Shown here piece after piece: positions 31,273 through 41,296 of a DNA stretch of 64,000 nucleotides; position 1 is the first letter of the stretch; the number at the start of each line of letters is the position of its first letter. This stretch comes from a virus: the IMG/VR virus record IMGVR_UViG_3300045988_108820, positions 32,001 through 96,000 of that record; one strand, 5' to 3'. Under the pieces are notes generated by a model. It saw only the letters and a list, made by a program, of their open reading frames with translations, made no database searches and was not told where the DNA came from. Position numbers and translations under genes: made by a program.

Positions 31273-31274
31273 GT

Positions 31275-31997
31275 ATGAAAGATAGAGCATCTCTTATCAA
31301 AATAGCTGTAGACAATGGAGTATATGACATTAATGAAATAAGAGGTAGCTATAACCAATATAAAAATGGAGGATATAAACCATCTGCTTCCATAAGAAAG
31401 ACAATAACAAATTGGGAGGGAAGGTCAATGAGAACTAATAGATCATTTGAAGCTGAAGCTAGAGACTTTAATAGAGCATTACCTAAAGGGGCTTTACAAA
31501 GATTAACTCAGCAACAACTTGATGGTCTTTATAGCTATAGTTATAATGTAGGTTCAGGCAATTTTAGAAGTAGAGTTGTACCTACTCTTGCAAAGTATTT
31601 AGCAGGAATGGCTTCTACACAGGATGTACAAAAAGCTATGTGGGCATCTGGAGATACTAGGCTTAGGGGATTAGCCAGAAGAAGAGCAGCTGAAAGAAGG
31701 ATGTTTGGTAGTAGTTCTTCACCAACAATTGCTCAAAGTGCTATTATTCCTGAGACTGTACAAGACTTTAACCCATATTCCTTAGTCTATGAAGAAGCAC
31801 CAGAGATTCCACCACTTAAATTTAATGAAGGTATAGTTGCTCCAGATATACCTAATTCAGAAGAACTAGATACTAAAGATACAATAGATGATACTAATAC
31901 TCCTGAACCAGATTATGGATCAATTGAACAATTATCTAATATATTAGATATGATACATACATCTAGGAGTCCTAGGGAAATAAATATTAATATATAA
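31275..31997 (+). CDS. lysozyme-like (GH24-type C-terminal half) virion-associated protein
   Basis: WEGRS...LTQQQLDGLYSYSYNVGSGNFRSR...RLRGLARRRAAERRMF resembles the phage lysozyme pattern EG...L.q.Q.dAL.Sf.fN.G.g....GL..RR..E..lF. The start was moved to the ATG after the upstream stop. Confidence 0.5.
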   Translation: MKDRASLIKIAVDNGVYDINEIRGSYNQYKNGGYKPSASIRKTITNWEGRSMRTNRSFEAEARDFNRALPKGALQRLTQQQLDGLYSYSYNVGSGNFRSRVVPTLAKYLAGMASTQDVQKAMWASGDTRLRGLARRRAAERRMFGSSSSPTIAQSAIIPETVQDFNPYSLVYEEAPEIPPLKFNEGIVAPDIPNSEELDTKDTIDDTNTPEPDYGSIEQLSNILDMIHTSRSPREININI

Positions 31998-32683
31998 TGG
32001 AAAGATATATATCAATAAAAGAAGTTTTAGATAACTTACTTGACAATCCATTACTACAGGATTTGACTCTTGAAAGAGTTGTCAACTATACAATTGATTT
32101 TATACGAAAGGTAGGTATGCCTAAAGTATATATAGAGAAAACAGCAAATCTTGAAGTTAAAGAATATAGAGCATTACTTCCTTGTGATTTTCATAAAATG
32201 ATTCAAGTGAGAACTTTTAAGGAGGGTTGTAGTCAAACATTTAGAAGTTCTACTGATAATTTTCATTTCTCTAATAATAAGAGGAACTCACATGACTTAA
32301 CCTATAAATTACAAGGTCAGGTTATTTATACCTCTATAAAAGATGGTACAATAGAAATAGCTTACCAAGCTATTCCTGTTGATTGTGATGGTTATCCAAT
32401 GATAGCTGATAATAGTTCCTTTAGGGAAGCATTAGAGCTTTACATTACAAAGAGAAGATATAAAGTACTATTTGATATAGGTAAAATTAGAGGTGATGTT
32501 TATAGTTCTACTTGTCAAGATTATGCCTTTGCTGTAGGTCAAGCTCAAACAAGTTTAATAATGCCTACAATTGATGAAATGGAATCAATTACTAACTCTT
32601 GGAATACATTAATTCCTAGAGTTACAGAGCATAGAATGGGATTTATTAATAATGGTTCAAAGGAGACCCTTAAACAACAATAA
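31997..32683 (+). CDS. tail-module protein (228 aa)
   Basis: ORF track, with an ATGA-type overlap. Confidence 0.55.
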   Translation: MERYISIKEVLDNLLDNPLLQDLTLERVVNYTIDFIRKVGMPKVYIEKTANLEVKEYRALLPCDFHKMIQVRTFKEGCSQTFRSSTDNFHFSNNKRNSHDLTYKLQGQVIYTSIKDGTIEIAYQAIPVDCDGYPMIADNSSFREALELYITKRRYKVLFDIGKIRGDVYSSTCQDYAFAVGQAQTSLIMPTIDEMESITNSWNTLIPRVTEHRMGFINNGSKETLKQQ

Positions 32684-35600
32684 TGATGAGGCAAGATTTT
32701 CATGTTTTTCAAGGTATGAGGCAGGATAATCATCCTATTAGACAAGAATCTAAATACCTATGGGAAGCACATAATATAAGATTTACAGCTAGGGATGATA
32801 GTACATTATTATCTATGACCAATGAGAAGGGAACTAAGATTATTACCAAATTAATAGTAGGTTCTTATATAGGTCATTGTGTAGTAGGAAATTATTTAGT
32901 AGTCTTCACTGTTGGTAATAAAAATAGTACTTTAAATTATATATATAGAATAGAAAAGAAAGCAGATGGTTGGGTAATTACTATATTGTATATTGGCAAT
33001 TTAAATATGGATGTAGAACATCCTATACAAGCATTAGGTATCTATGAAGGGGAATTAGTTCAAAAGGTATATTGGGTAGATGGAAAGAATCAACCAAGGT
33101 CTATTAATATAGTAGCTAATAGATTATTATTTAAAGACAAAGATATTATGGAGTTGTCTGATGCAGATAAAAATAATCTATATCCAGAAGGTTGCTTTGA
33201 TTTTACTCAAGAATTACTTTTAAATGAAGAAATAACAGTCACTAGAGAAGAGGGTGGTGGAGCATTCTCTCCAGGAACTATACAATATGCTTTTTCATAT
33301 TATAATAGACATGGACAAGAAAGTAATTTATTCTACACTACTGAACTTCTTAATATATCCTTTCCTACTAGAGGTGGAAGTCCAGAGGATGTAGTTAGTA
33401 ATACCTTTCATATCTCTATCAAGAACCCTGAATCTAATTTTCAATATCTTAGAATTTATTCTATTCACAGGACATCAGTAGATGCAACTCCTATAGTAAA
33501 GATAGTAACTGATATAGAAATAACTGGAAGTAATGAAATAACTTATGTAGATACAGGACTTACTGGATCTAATATAGATCCAACAAAGATGCTATATATT
33601 GGTGGAGAATCTATTATAGCTGGAACTATAGCTGAGAAAGATAATACATTATTCTTAGGTAACATAGAATTAAAGAGAGATAGTATTCCTGACTCTATAA
33701 AAAATACTCTAAAAGATTCTGTAGCTAATAATAAAGTATCAATAGGAACTAGAACAATAGAACTTAATAGTGTTGATGATTCAGAAGCTATTTATGAGTA
33801 TAGTAATCAACTTGCTGCTGGTAATACATCATCATTTAAAGTAGGTGACACCTATAGACTTGGTATTCAGTTTCAACATAAGACAGGTAAATGGTCTGAA
33901 CCTCTATGGTTAGGTAACTATGATGTTCCTAGAGATATTAAGCCACATAGAGATGGTGATAACATTGTAGTTCCAAAAATGACATTTAGTCTAGATAATG
34001 ATACAAAGAGTACTCTATCAAGTTTAGAATATAAAAGAGCTAGGGCATTAGTAGTATTACCATCTATTTATGATAGAATGGTATTAGCTCAAGGTATATT
34101 ATGTCCTACTGTATTCTCTATTAAAGATAGAGTTTCTAATACACCATTTGCCCAATCCTCTTGGTTCTTCAGACCAATGTCTGAGAGTACAAATAATCTT
34201 ACTGATATAGAAAAAGGATCTACAGTATCATTTGCTCATCTAGATCTATTAAAGTCAGGGAGTGATAGAGGAGCTGAAATTCAAAATATGATTTCAACAC
34301 CTTTTTCTACTGCAAATAGTGATGCAAAACAAGATAGAGCTACTAATAATAATGCATTCTTTGTTGACCAATCTATAATTACTATGCACTCTCCTGATAT
34401 AGAGTTTGATGATAGTACAAAACAAGCTTTAGAGGAAGGAGATTTTGAGCTTAATATAGTTGGATTAACAGAGTTTAAATCAAATGCAGGAGATATTTCT
34501 ATACAGACATCTTCAGCAGTACCAGCTCCTAATGATAATGGTTTCTTTCACAAATCATTCCTTACTACTAATTATGAAAACAAAGGAATGGTTGCAGGTA
34601 TGTTCTATAAAAGTCATCTTATAGATGATAAAGATAGTGGAAAAACTCTCTATGCTTATAATGCTACACAGAAGAGTTGGGAATTAAATTGGCTAGTATA
34701 TCCTTGGCAGAGATCAGGTTCATTAAATAATGACATTGTTAGACCAGAGTCTGGGGGAGCTAGAACTTCAGTATTAAAAAGAAAAGTTATTTCAAATATT
34801 AGATTCTCTCCAGATGTAAAATGGTTGAGTAAATCTTGGAGTTCAGGAGATAAAAATGGTATTACACCAGTCTCTATTTTCAATAGTAATGAGGTATCAC
34901 TTATAAAGATACCTACTCCAAAGAATTCAGGTATTAGAGCATTGAATTATTATGGTAATGTTGATACTTTGATTACTACAGATAGTGAATACACTTTCTA
35001 TGTAACACCTAATACAGGTGTGGATTTACAAGGTTCTGGAGTAATAGTCAACCCATTCACAAAGATTCCACTTCAAAGTATTAAAACTAATTATAGTGAT
35101 AATCTTGCAGGAGATTTTAAAGAGCAATTAAAAACTACTAATGAACCTGTAAGAATGAAATATAAATCTACACCTCATGCAGTTTTCGCTTTTAATTATT
35201 TAAATAATTCATCTCCAGTTATTTTACCTAGAATGAATAACTTAAATAAATATATAGGAACTAATGAGGTCCCATTTTGGTCTAATGTAGATCCAGAGAT
35301 ACCAAATCAATATAGAGATGTTGATATTCAAGAGGTTTATCCTATTTCTGGTAGTCCTAAAGAAGTAGAAAATGCAGTAATTAAAAATTTAGAGAGTAAT
35401 TATGGTGATACACTCCCAGATGATTGTGCTATATGCACTTGTTCAGTAAGGAGTCAAGATACTAACTATGCAGATTTATATGTAGCTGTACAGGGAGGTA
35501 AATGGAAAAAAGTAACTGAAGATAGCCCAGACTTAAAACTAGGTAATATTTATTATTACAAAGGAGGAAATATATATTGGAAGGTTGTTTATCATGGTTC

Positions 35601-37161
35601 TGGTAGAGTACTATATAAAATAGGTGAAACTACTTCATATTCTGTAAAACAAGATAATATTGATATTTCAGAAACAAAGCCTTGTTTATATATGGCTGAG
35701 TTAAGAAGAAAATCAAAACCTACTAATATGTTTGGGGGAGATACTGATGAAGCTCTTAGAAATAATTCTTGGATACCTGCTGGTCCTATTGTTCCACTTG
35801 ACTCTAAAATTGAGTTTAGATATGGAGATACATATTATCAAAGGTATGACTGTTTAAAGACTTATTCCTTTACAGAGGAGGATGAAAATAGTGTAATAGA
35901 AATTGCCTCCTTTATGTGTGAATCTAGAATTAATCTAGACGGAAGATATGATAGGAATAGGGGTCAAATTAGTAATCTAAATATGTCTCCTATTAATTTT
36001 AATTTAATGAACCCTATCTATTCTCAGAGAGATAATTTCTTTAACTATAGAATACTTGATAAAGAGTACTATAGAAACAATAAATATCCTACTCAAATAT
36101 TATGGTCATTAGAAAAGTCATATCTAGAGGATATAGATACATGGGCTAATGTGACCTTAGCTAATTCTATAGATTTAAGTGGCAGTGCAGGATCTATTAC
36201 ATCCCTTGAAACATTTAATGATACTTTAATAGCTTTCCAAGAGCAATCTATAAGTCAGATTTTGTTTAATAGTAGAGTTCAAATACCTACATCAGATGGT
36301 ACTCCTATAGAAATCACTAATAATTATAAGGTTGAAGGAACTAGACCAATTAGTAATGTTATAGGATGTCAAGATAAATTCTCTATAGCAAAATCTCCAA
36401 GTGGTTTATATTTTATAGATAATAATGCTGATATATTATACTTATATAATGGTCAACTGCAAGATATAAGCACACAGTTTGGTGGAAAGTTTTGGTTAAG
36501 AAAATATCATGCAAATGAGAAATGGAATATTAATAGTAAGTCATCTGTAAGATTAAGTTATGATCCAAAGAATAAAGATTTATATCTAAGTCCCATTGGA
36601 GACACTAATAATGAAAATACTTTATGTTATTCAGAACAAATGGGTCAATTTACATCCTTAATGAGTTATAGTAAAGCTATTATGTTCCCAATTGATAATA
36701 GTTTCTACTCTATTACTAGTTCAAATGGTACTACAAAATTATGGGAGAACTTTAAAGGAAATTATAATCAATTTTTTGATGAGATAAAGTTACCTAGATT
36801 TACTTATATTTGTAATGAAGATGTTTCATATACAAAAATATTTGATACTATTGAGTATAGAGCAGATGTTTATAACAAAGAGGGATTATTAATTCATAAT
36901 AAATCTTTTGATTGGATTAAAGCAGCAAATGAATATCAAGATACAGGTGAGAAGACTTTAAGTCAGGCTAGAAGAACTATAAATGATATATCATTAAGAA
37001 AGAAATTTAGAGTATGGAGAGGACAGATACCTAGACAAGGAAGAGAGAGAATTAGAAATCCTTGGACTTCAATTAGTTTAGGTTTTAAAAAGTCTTTAAA
37101 TGAGAATGATAATATGTTTCATTTTATATTACATGATATTTCAACAAAGTACACAATCTAA
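32683..37161 (+). CDS. large tail structural protein (1492 aa)
   Basis: ORF track. Size and position fit a tail gene block. Confidence 0.6.
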   Translation: MMRQDFHVFQGMRQDNHPIRQESKYLWEAHNIRFTARDDSTLLSMTNEKGTKIITKLIVGSYIGHCVVGNYLVVFTVGNKNSTLNYIYRIEKKADGWVITILYIGNLNMDVEHPIQALGIYEGELVQKVYWVDGKNQPRSINIVANRLLFKDKDIMELSDADKNNLYPEGCFDFTQELLLNEEITVTREEGGGAFSPGTIQYAFSYYNRHGQESNLFYTTELLNISFPTRGGSPEDVVSNTFHISIKNPESNFQYLRIYSIHRTSVDATPIVKIVTDIEITGSNEITYVDTGLTGSNIDPTKMLYIGGESIIAGTIAEKDNTLFLGNIELKRDSIPDSIKNTLKDSVANNKVSIGTRTIELNSVDDSEAIYEYSNQLAAGNTSSFKVGDTYRLGIQFQHKTGKWSEPLWLGNYDVPRDIKPHRDGDNIVVPKMTFSLDNDTKSTLSSLEYKRARALVVLPSIYDRMVLAQGILCPTVFSIKDRVSNTPFAQSSWFFRPMSESTNNLTDIEKGSTVSFAHLDLLKSGSDRGAEIQNMISTPFSTANSDAKQDRATNNNAFFVDQSIITMHSPDIEFDDSTKQALEEGDFELNIVGLTEFKSNAGDISIQTSSAVPAPNDNGFFHKSFLTTNYENKGMVAGMFYKSHLIDDKDSGKTLYAYNATQKSWELNWLVYPWQRSGSLNNDIVRPESGGARTSVLKRKVISNIRFSPDVKWLSKSWSSGDKNGITPVSIFNSNEVSLIKIPTPKNSGIRALNYYGNVDTLITTDSEYTFYVTPNTGVDLQGSGVIVNPFTKIPLQSIKTNYSDNLAGDFKEQLKTTNEPVRMKYKSTPHAVFAFNYLNNSSPVILPRMNNLNKYIGTNEVPFWSNVDPEIPNQYRDVDIQEVYPISGSPKEVENAVIKNLESNYGDTLPDDCAICTCSVRSQDTNYADLYVAVQGGKWKKVTEDSPDLKLGNIYYYKGGNIYWKVVYHGSGRVLYKIGETTSYSVKQDNIDISETKPCLYMAELRRKSKPTNMFGGDTDEALRNNSWIPAGPIVPLDSKIEFRYGDTYYQRYDCLKTYSFTEEDENSVIEIASFMCESRINLDGRYDRNRGQISNLNMSPINFNLMNPIYSQRDNFFNYRILDKEYYRNNKYPTQILWSLEKSYLEDIDTWANVTLANSIDLSGSAGSITSLETFNDTLIAFQEQSISQILFNSRVQIPTSDGTPIEITNNYKVEGTRPISNVIGCQDKFSIAKSPSGLYFIDNNADILYLYNGQLQDISTQFGGKFWLRKYHANEKWNINSKSSVRLSYDPKNKDLYLSPIGDTNNENTLCYSEQMGQFTSLMSYSKAIMFPIDNSFYSITSSNGTTKLWENFKGNYNQFFDEIKLPRFTYICNEDVSYTKIFDTIEYRADVYNKEGLLIHNKSFDWIKAANEYQDTGEKTLSQARRTINDISLRKKFRVWRGQIPRQGRERIRNPWTSISLGFKKSLNENDNMFHFILHDISTKYTI

Positions 37162-37164
37162 TTT

Positions 37165-37206
37165 AATAGGGATATAAGAGAAGTCTTATGTCCCTATTAT
37201 TTTTAT
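37165..37206 (+). terminator. rho-independent-type terminator
   Basis: AATAGGGATATAAG-AGAAGT-CTTATGTCCCTATT followed by ATTTTTA. Confidence 0.65.
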
Positions 37207-37215
37207 ATTTAGGTT

Positions 37216-37247
37216 CTTGATAATATCACTCATTTTATATATCTTTG
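37216..37247 (+). promoter_or_regulatory. Bacteroidota-type promoter for the large cargo/tail gene operon
   Basis: CTTG-N20-TATCTTTG (37240-37247). Confidence 0.6.
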
Positions 37248-37267
37248 CACAAGTAAACTAATAAGTT

Positions 37268-39994
37268 ATGGCTAATAGAATTAATAATAGAAGATATAAT
37301 AAGTTATTAAGTTATAGAAATAACTACTTTGTAGGAGGAGGACACATGTTTGCTCCTTATTATCAGACACCACCAATATTAGGGGGTATGGGTGGAGCAC
37401 AGAATCCTACTCAAGGATATGAGCCTACAGGAATTCCATCTAATACATCTAGTACTAATGGAGGATTATTTGGTAATCTAGGAACTTCAATTGTAAATGG
37501 TTTTAAATCAGGTGCTCTTAATGGTTTAGCTGGTGGACTAGGAAATATTGCAGGAGGTGCAATAGGAGGAGGAATGTCTAGTGGTGTTGGAAGTGCTATG
37601 ACTAGTCTAAGTGGCTTAGCTAGTGCTATTCCAGGACCTTGGGGTGCTATTTCCTCAGCAGGTTTAGGAGTACTTGGAGGCTTAACAAATAGAATGTTTG
37701 GTTCTAAATTGAATAAAGAGAATATTGCCGATGTTGAGGGTAATATTAATAGACTTAACAGCCTACAAGCAGATGCTAATAGCTTTGATACTTTAGCTGA
37801 TATTTGGGGTAACACATCTATGGGAAGTAACTTTACTAATAGTTATATTGGTAAAGATGGATGGTTTTCTAATAAAGCAAAAAAGAAAGCTAAACAATTG
37901 AGGAACCAAATGGAGTTAGCTAATGCTTATGCTGAAAATGCACTTCAAAATAATGCTCATAATATTTCAGAAACTACTATGAATAACTTAGAAGCAAATT
38001 ATGCAGCTCTTGGAGGATTTCTAAATCAATATGCTGATGGTGGTAGTATATATATTAAACCTGAAAATAGAGGAAAATTTAATGCTACTAAAAAAAGAAC
38101 TGGAAAAACTACAGAAGAGTTGACACATAGTAAAAATTCATTAACTAGAAAAAGAGCAATCTTTGCTCAGAATGCAGCAAAATGGCACCATGCTTTTGGT
38201 GGTGAATTAAATACTAATGGAGCAGACTTTCCAACTGGATTAACCTTCATTGGTAATGGGGGTTTACATGAAGATAACCCTTATGAAGGTGTACCAATGG
38301 GTGTAGATCCAGAAGGTACTCCTAACTTAGTTGAAGAAGGAGAGGTTATATATAATGACTATGTATTTAGTAATAGATTGACTGTTCCTAAGACTATAAG
38401 ATCTAAATATAAGTTAAAGGGAGATAAGGATTTAACCTTTGCTGATGCTGTTAAGCAAATCTCTAAAGGTGCTACAGAAAGACCTAATGATCCTATTAGT
38501 CAAGAAACTTTACATGAGATAATGTCTGATTTAGCTCAGACCCAAGAAGGTGTTAGAGAAGAAGCTAGTGAGGGTAATAAATTTGCAAAAGGTGGTATCT
38601 TAGGTAACTTATATGAAGGTGATGGTTCAGCATGGCAAGTGCTAAATAGAAATAATAAAACCAAAGGTCTTAACTTTGGAGATCCTAAATTTAATCCTTA
38701 TACTAAGAGTGGAGATATTGATTGGAATATAATGTATGGTAAAGATAGTCCTTACATGAAAAGAAGACAATATGTTCTAGATAATTGGGAAAGTGAAGGA
38801 GTTAAAAATTGGCTTTCTAAATATGTAGAAGGAGTTAATGCTTATAATAGAGATAGAAAAGGCTATAAGCCTATGTCTGTTAATGATATTACTAAAGATG
38901 TATTTGAACACAGAACTTTTGATAAAAGTTGGGGAGGAATGCATTCAGGTATTGATTATGCAGGAGACCCATCTGTAAATAGAGCTAATAGATATTTTCT
39001 TAGAAGTAAAGATGATAGTGGAAAATATGCTATAACTCCTATGGAAACTACCCCATGGAAAGGTTTTGCTCAAAGTGGTGAATACCAAGGTCTCAAATAT
39101 GAAGAAGCTTTCCCAGATTATAAAGAGGTAGGAAGTGAAGAGAGACCTCTTGATAAGAGTACAAATACTATATACACTGATTATTATTATGATACTATTC
39201 CAAAAGAGAAAGCTCCTGAAGAACCTAAAAAACTACCTCCATTAAATTTAGGTAGAAGCAATGAGGATCTTAGATATATTCCTGCAATAGGTTTAGGTTT
39301 AGCATCACTAACAGATGCACTAGGATTAACTAATAAACCAGATTATTCTGAAGCAGCTCAGATAGAAGCAACTACAAGAGGTGGCTCTTATAGACCTGTA
39401 TCTTGGAGTCCAATTGGTAATAAACTTGGTTATAGACCATTTGATAGAGATTACTATACTAATAAACTTAGTGCAGAAGCTAGTGCTTTAAGAAGATCTT
39501 TAGCTAATCAAAGTGGTGGTAATAGTGGTAGAGCAATAGCAGGTTTATTAGCTGCTGACTATAATGCTCAAGATAAACTTGGTGAATTATTCAGAAAATC
39601 AGAAGAATATAATTTAGAACAAAGACAGAAGATTGAAGACTTTAATAGAGCTACTAATCAAGCTAATTCTCAAGGTATGCTTCAAGCTGATATGGCTAAT
39701 CAACAAGCTTATGCAAATGCAAGAGAAAGTAACCTTAGGGGTATTTTAGCAGCTGCTGAAATGAGACAAAAAGCTAGATTATCTGCTGAAGCTGCTAAAT
39801 CTGCTAATTTAAGTGGATTCCTACAGGCTATAGGAGATATAGGGTATGAAAATAAATCACTTAATATGATAAGAGCATTAATGGAAGCTGGTCTTGTACC
39901 AGTATCAGACTCTATACAAGACCTTTATGCCGCATCTTCAGCTAAAAAGAGATTAACCTCTAATGGTAAAACTAATAAAAAGGGAGGTAAGTAA
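37268..39994 (+). CDS. large virion protein with Gly-rich N-terminal region (908 aa; ejection/internal protein candidate)
   Basis: GGLFGNLGTSIVNGFKSGALNGLAGGLGNIAGGAIGGGMSSGVGSA is glycine-zipper-like. The C-terminal part is coiled coil. Confidence 0.55.
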   Translation: MANRINNRRYNKLLSYRNNYFVGGGHMFAPYYQTPPILGGMGGAQNPTQGYEPTGIPSNTSSTNGGLFGNLGTSIVNGFKSGALNGLAGGLGNIAGGAIGGGMSSGVGSAMTSLSGLASAIPGPWGAISSAGLGVLGGLTNRMFGSKLNKENIADVEGNINRLNSLQADANSFDTLADIWGNTSMGSNFTNSYIGKDGWFSNKAKKKAKQLRNQMELANAYAENALQNNAHNISETTMNNLEANYAALGGFLNQYADGGSIYIKPENRGKFNATKKRTGKTTEELTHSKNSLTRKRAIFAQNAAKWHHAFGGELNTNGADFPTGLTFIGNGGLHEDNPYEGVPMGVDPEGTPNLVEEGEVIYNDYVFSNRLTVPKTIRSKYKLKGDKDLTFADAVKQISKGATERPNDPISQETLHEIMSDLAQTQEGVREEASEGNKFAKGGILGNLYEGDGSAWQVLNRNNKTKGLNFGDPKFNPYTKSGDIDWNIMYGKDSPYMKRRQYVLDNWESEGVKNWLSKYVEGVNAYNRDRKGYKPMSVNDITKDVFEHRTFDKSWGGMHSGIDYAGDPSVNRANRYFLRSKDDSGKYAITPMETTPWKGFAQSGEYQGLKYEEAFPDYKEVGSEERPLDKSTNTIYTDYYYDTIPKEKAPEEPKKLPPLNLGRSNEDLRYIPAIGLGLASLTDALGLTNKPDYSEAAQIEATTRGGSYRPVSWSPIGNKLGYRPFDRDYYTNKLSAEASALRRSLANQSGGNSGRAIAGLLAADYNAQDKLGELFRKSEEYNLEQRQKIEDFNRATNQANSQGMLQADMANQQAYANARESNLRGILAAAEMRQKARLSAEAAKSANLSGFLQAIGDIGYENKSLNMIRALMEAGLVPVSDSIQDLYAASSAKKRLTSNGKTNKKGGK

Positions 39995-41286
39995 TGCAGT
40001 TAGTTATAGATAGTAAATTTAGACCATTTTCCTATGATGAGCTTGTAAAGCCTCTTACACAATATAAAGAGGCTTATGATAAAGTGGAAGCACAATATTC
40101 TGATTTAGTTTCACAAACGGAACAATGGAAAGATATTGCGAATAGAACAAAAAGTCCTGAAGCTTATGCAATGTATAGTAAGTATGCTAATGACTTAAAT
40201 AATATAGTAGATGATTTTAGTAGAGGTATGACTTTACAAAATAGAAGTCAACTTATGTCTATGAAGAGAAGGTATGCTAGTGAAATACAACCTATTGCAA
40301 GAGCTAGTGAAGCTATGAAAGAAGCTAATGACCTTAGAGTAAAGTCTGGTCCTGATTCTATATTTGAGGTAGGAGAATATAATTCACTAGATCAATTTCT
40401 TCATGGTAAAACAGCTAATAATAGATCTCAAAGTAGAGATGCTCTTACTAAGAGAACAGCAGCTATGACAGAAGCTGCTATGGCTTCAGCAATGAAAGAT
40501 CCAGAGTTCAAAAAAGCATTGGGAGATCAATATTGGATGTTAACACAGCACACAGGAGGTTCTTATGCAGACCTTAAAGCTGCTATAGCCAATAATCCTC
40601 AAGCACAAAATAGATTTGCTGAAATTAAAGCTCAGGTGATGAAAGAAGCTGGTTATGATAGATATGATGCTATGGGTAAGCAAGCTATAGAGAGTGCTAT
40701 TAATACAGGTTTATATGCAGGTCTAGATAAACCAGTTAGGTCATTCCAAGCTAATCAAGCTTATCTTAACCCATTACAAGCTGAACAATTGTCTCAAGCT
40801 AAGACTGAGTTTGAGTGGAAGAAACAAGCTAGAAGACCTCTACCTCTTGGGAATGGTAACTATCTTGACCCAGTTTCAGGTCTTACCTTTACTGAAGATA
40901 ATAAAGGTAAGAGAACTTATAATTTTTCTGGTAAGGGTTCTGGTAAGGGTTCTAATAAGGGTAGTTCTGGAGATGGTGATAATAGATCTACAAGAAAAGT
41001 TAATAGATTAGCTAAACCTATAAAGGTTAAAGTGGGTGGTGGAAATCCTATAGAAGAATATGGTGATACTGTAGAACCTACTGGTACAAAGGTACCATTT
41101 AATAAGTTAACTGGTGCAGCTAGGGACATTGCTAAACAATATATGAATGATGATACTTCAGAGGGTTATGATATTTATATTGAAACACCAGGTACATGGG
41201 AATGGCATTCTCATCAGAGAATGTACATAATACCAAGAAAAGTTGAAAGTATTGATAAAGAGGATGAAGGTGAAAATGATATTTAA
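39994..41286 (+). CDS. virion-module protein (430 aa)
   Basis: ORF track, with a TAATG overlap. Confidence 0.55.
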   Translation: MQLVIDSKFRPFSYDELVKPLTQYKEAYDKVEAQYSDLVSQTEQWKDIANRTKSPEAYAMYSKYANDLNNIVDDFSRGMTLQNRSQLMSMKRRYASEIQPIARASEAMKEANDLRVKSGPDSIFEVGEYNSLDQFLHGKTANNRSQSRDALTKRTAAMTEAAMASAMKDPEFKKALGDQYWMLTQHTGGSYADLKAAIANNPQAQNRFAEIKAQVMKEAGYDRYDAMGKQAIESAINTGLYAGLDKPVRSFQANQAYLNPLQAEQLSQAKTEFEWKKQARRPLPLGNGNYLDPVSGLTFTEDNKGKRTYNFSGKGSGKGSNKGSSGDGDNRSTRKVNRLAKPIKVKVGGGNPIEEYGDTVEPTGTKVPFNKLTGAARDIAKQYMNDDTSEGYDIYIETPGTWEWHSHQRMYIIPRKVESIDKEDEGENDI

Positions 41287-41296
41287 ATTTTAATCT

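Noticed and set aside
37411-37815. 134-aa minus-strand ORF inside the 908-aa gene
   Set aside because: It is antisense to the Gly-rich (GGN-repeat) coding region, which naturally lacks stops on the opposite strand (a Pro/Ala-rich artefact).
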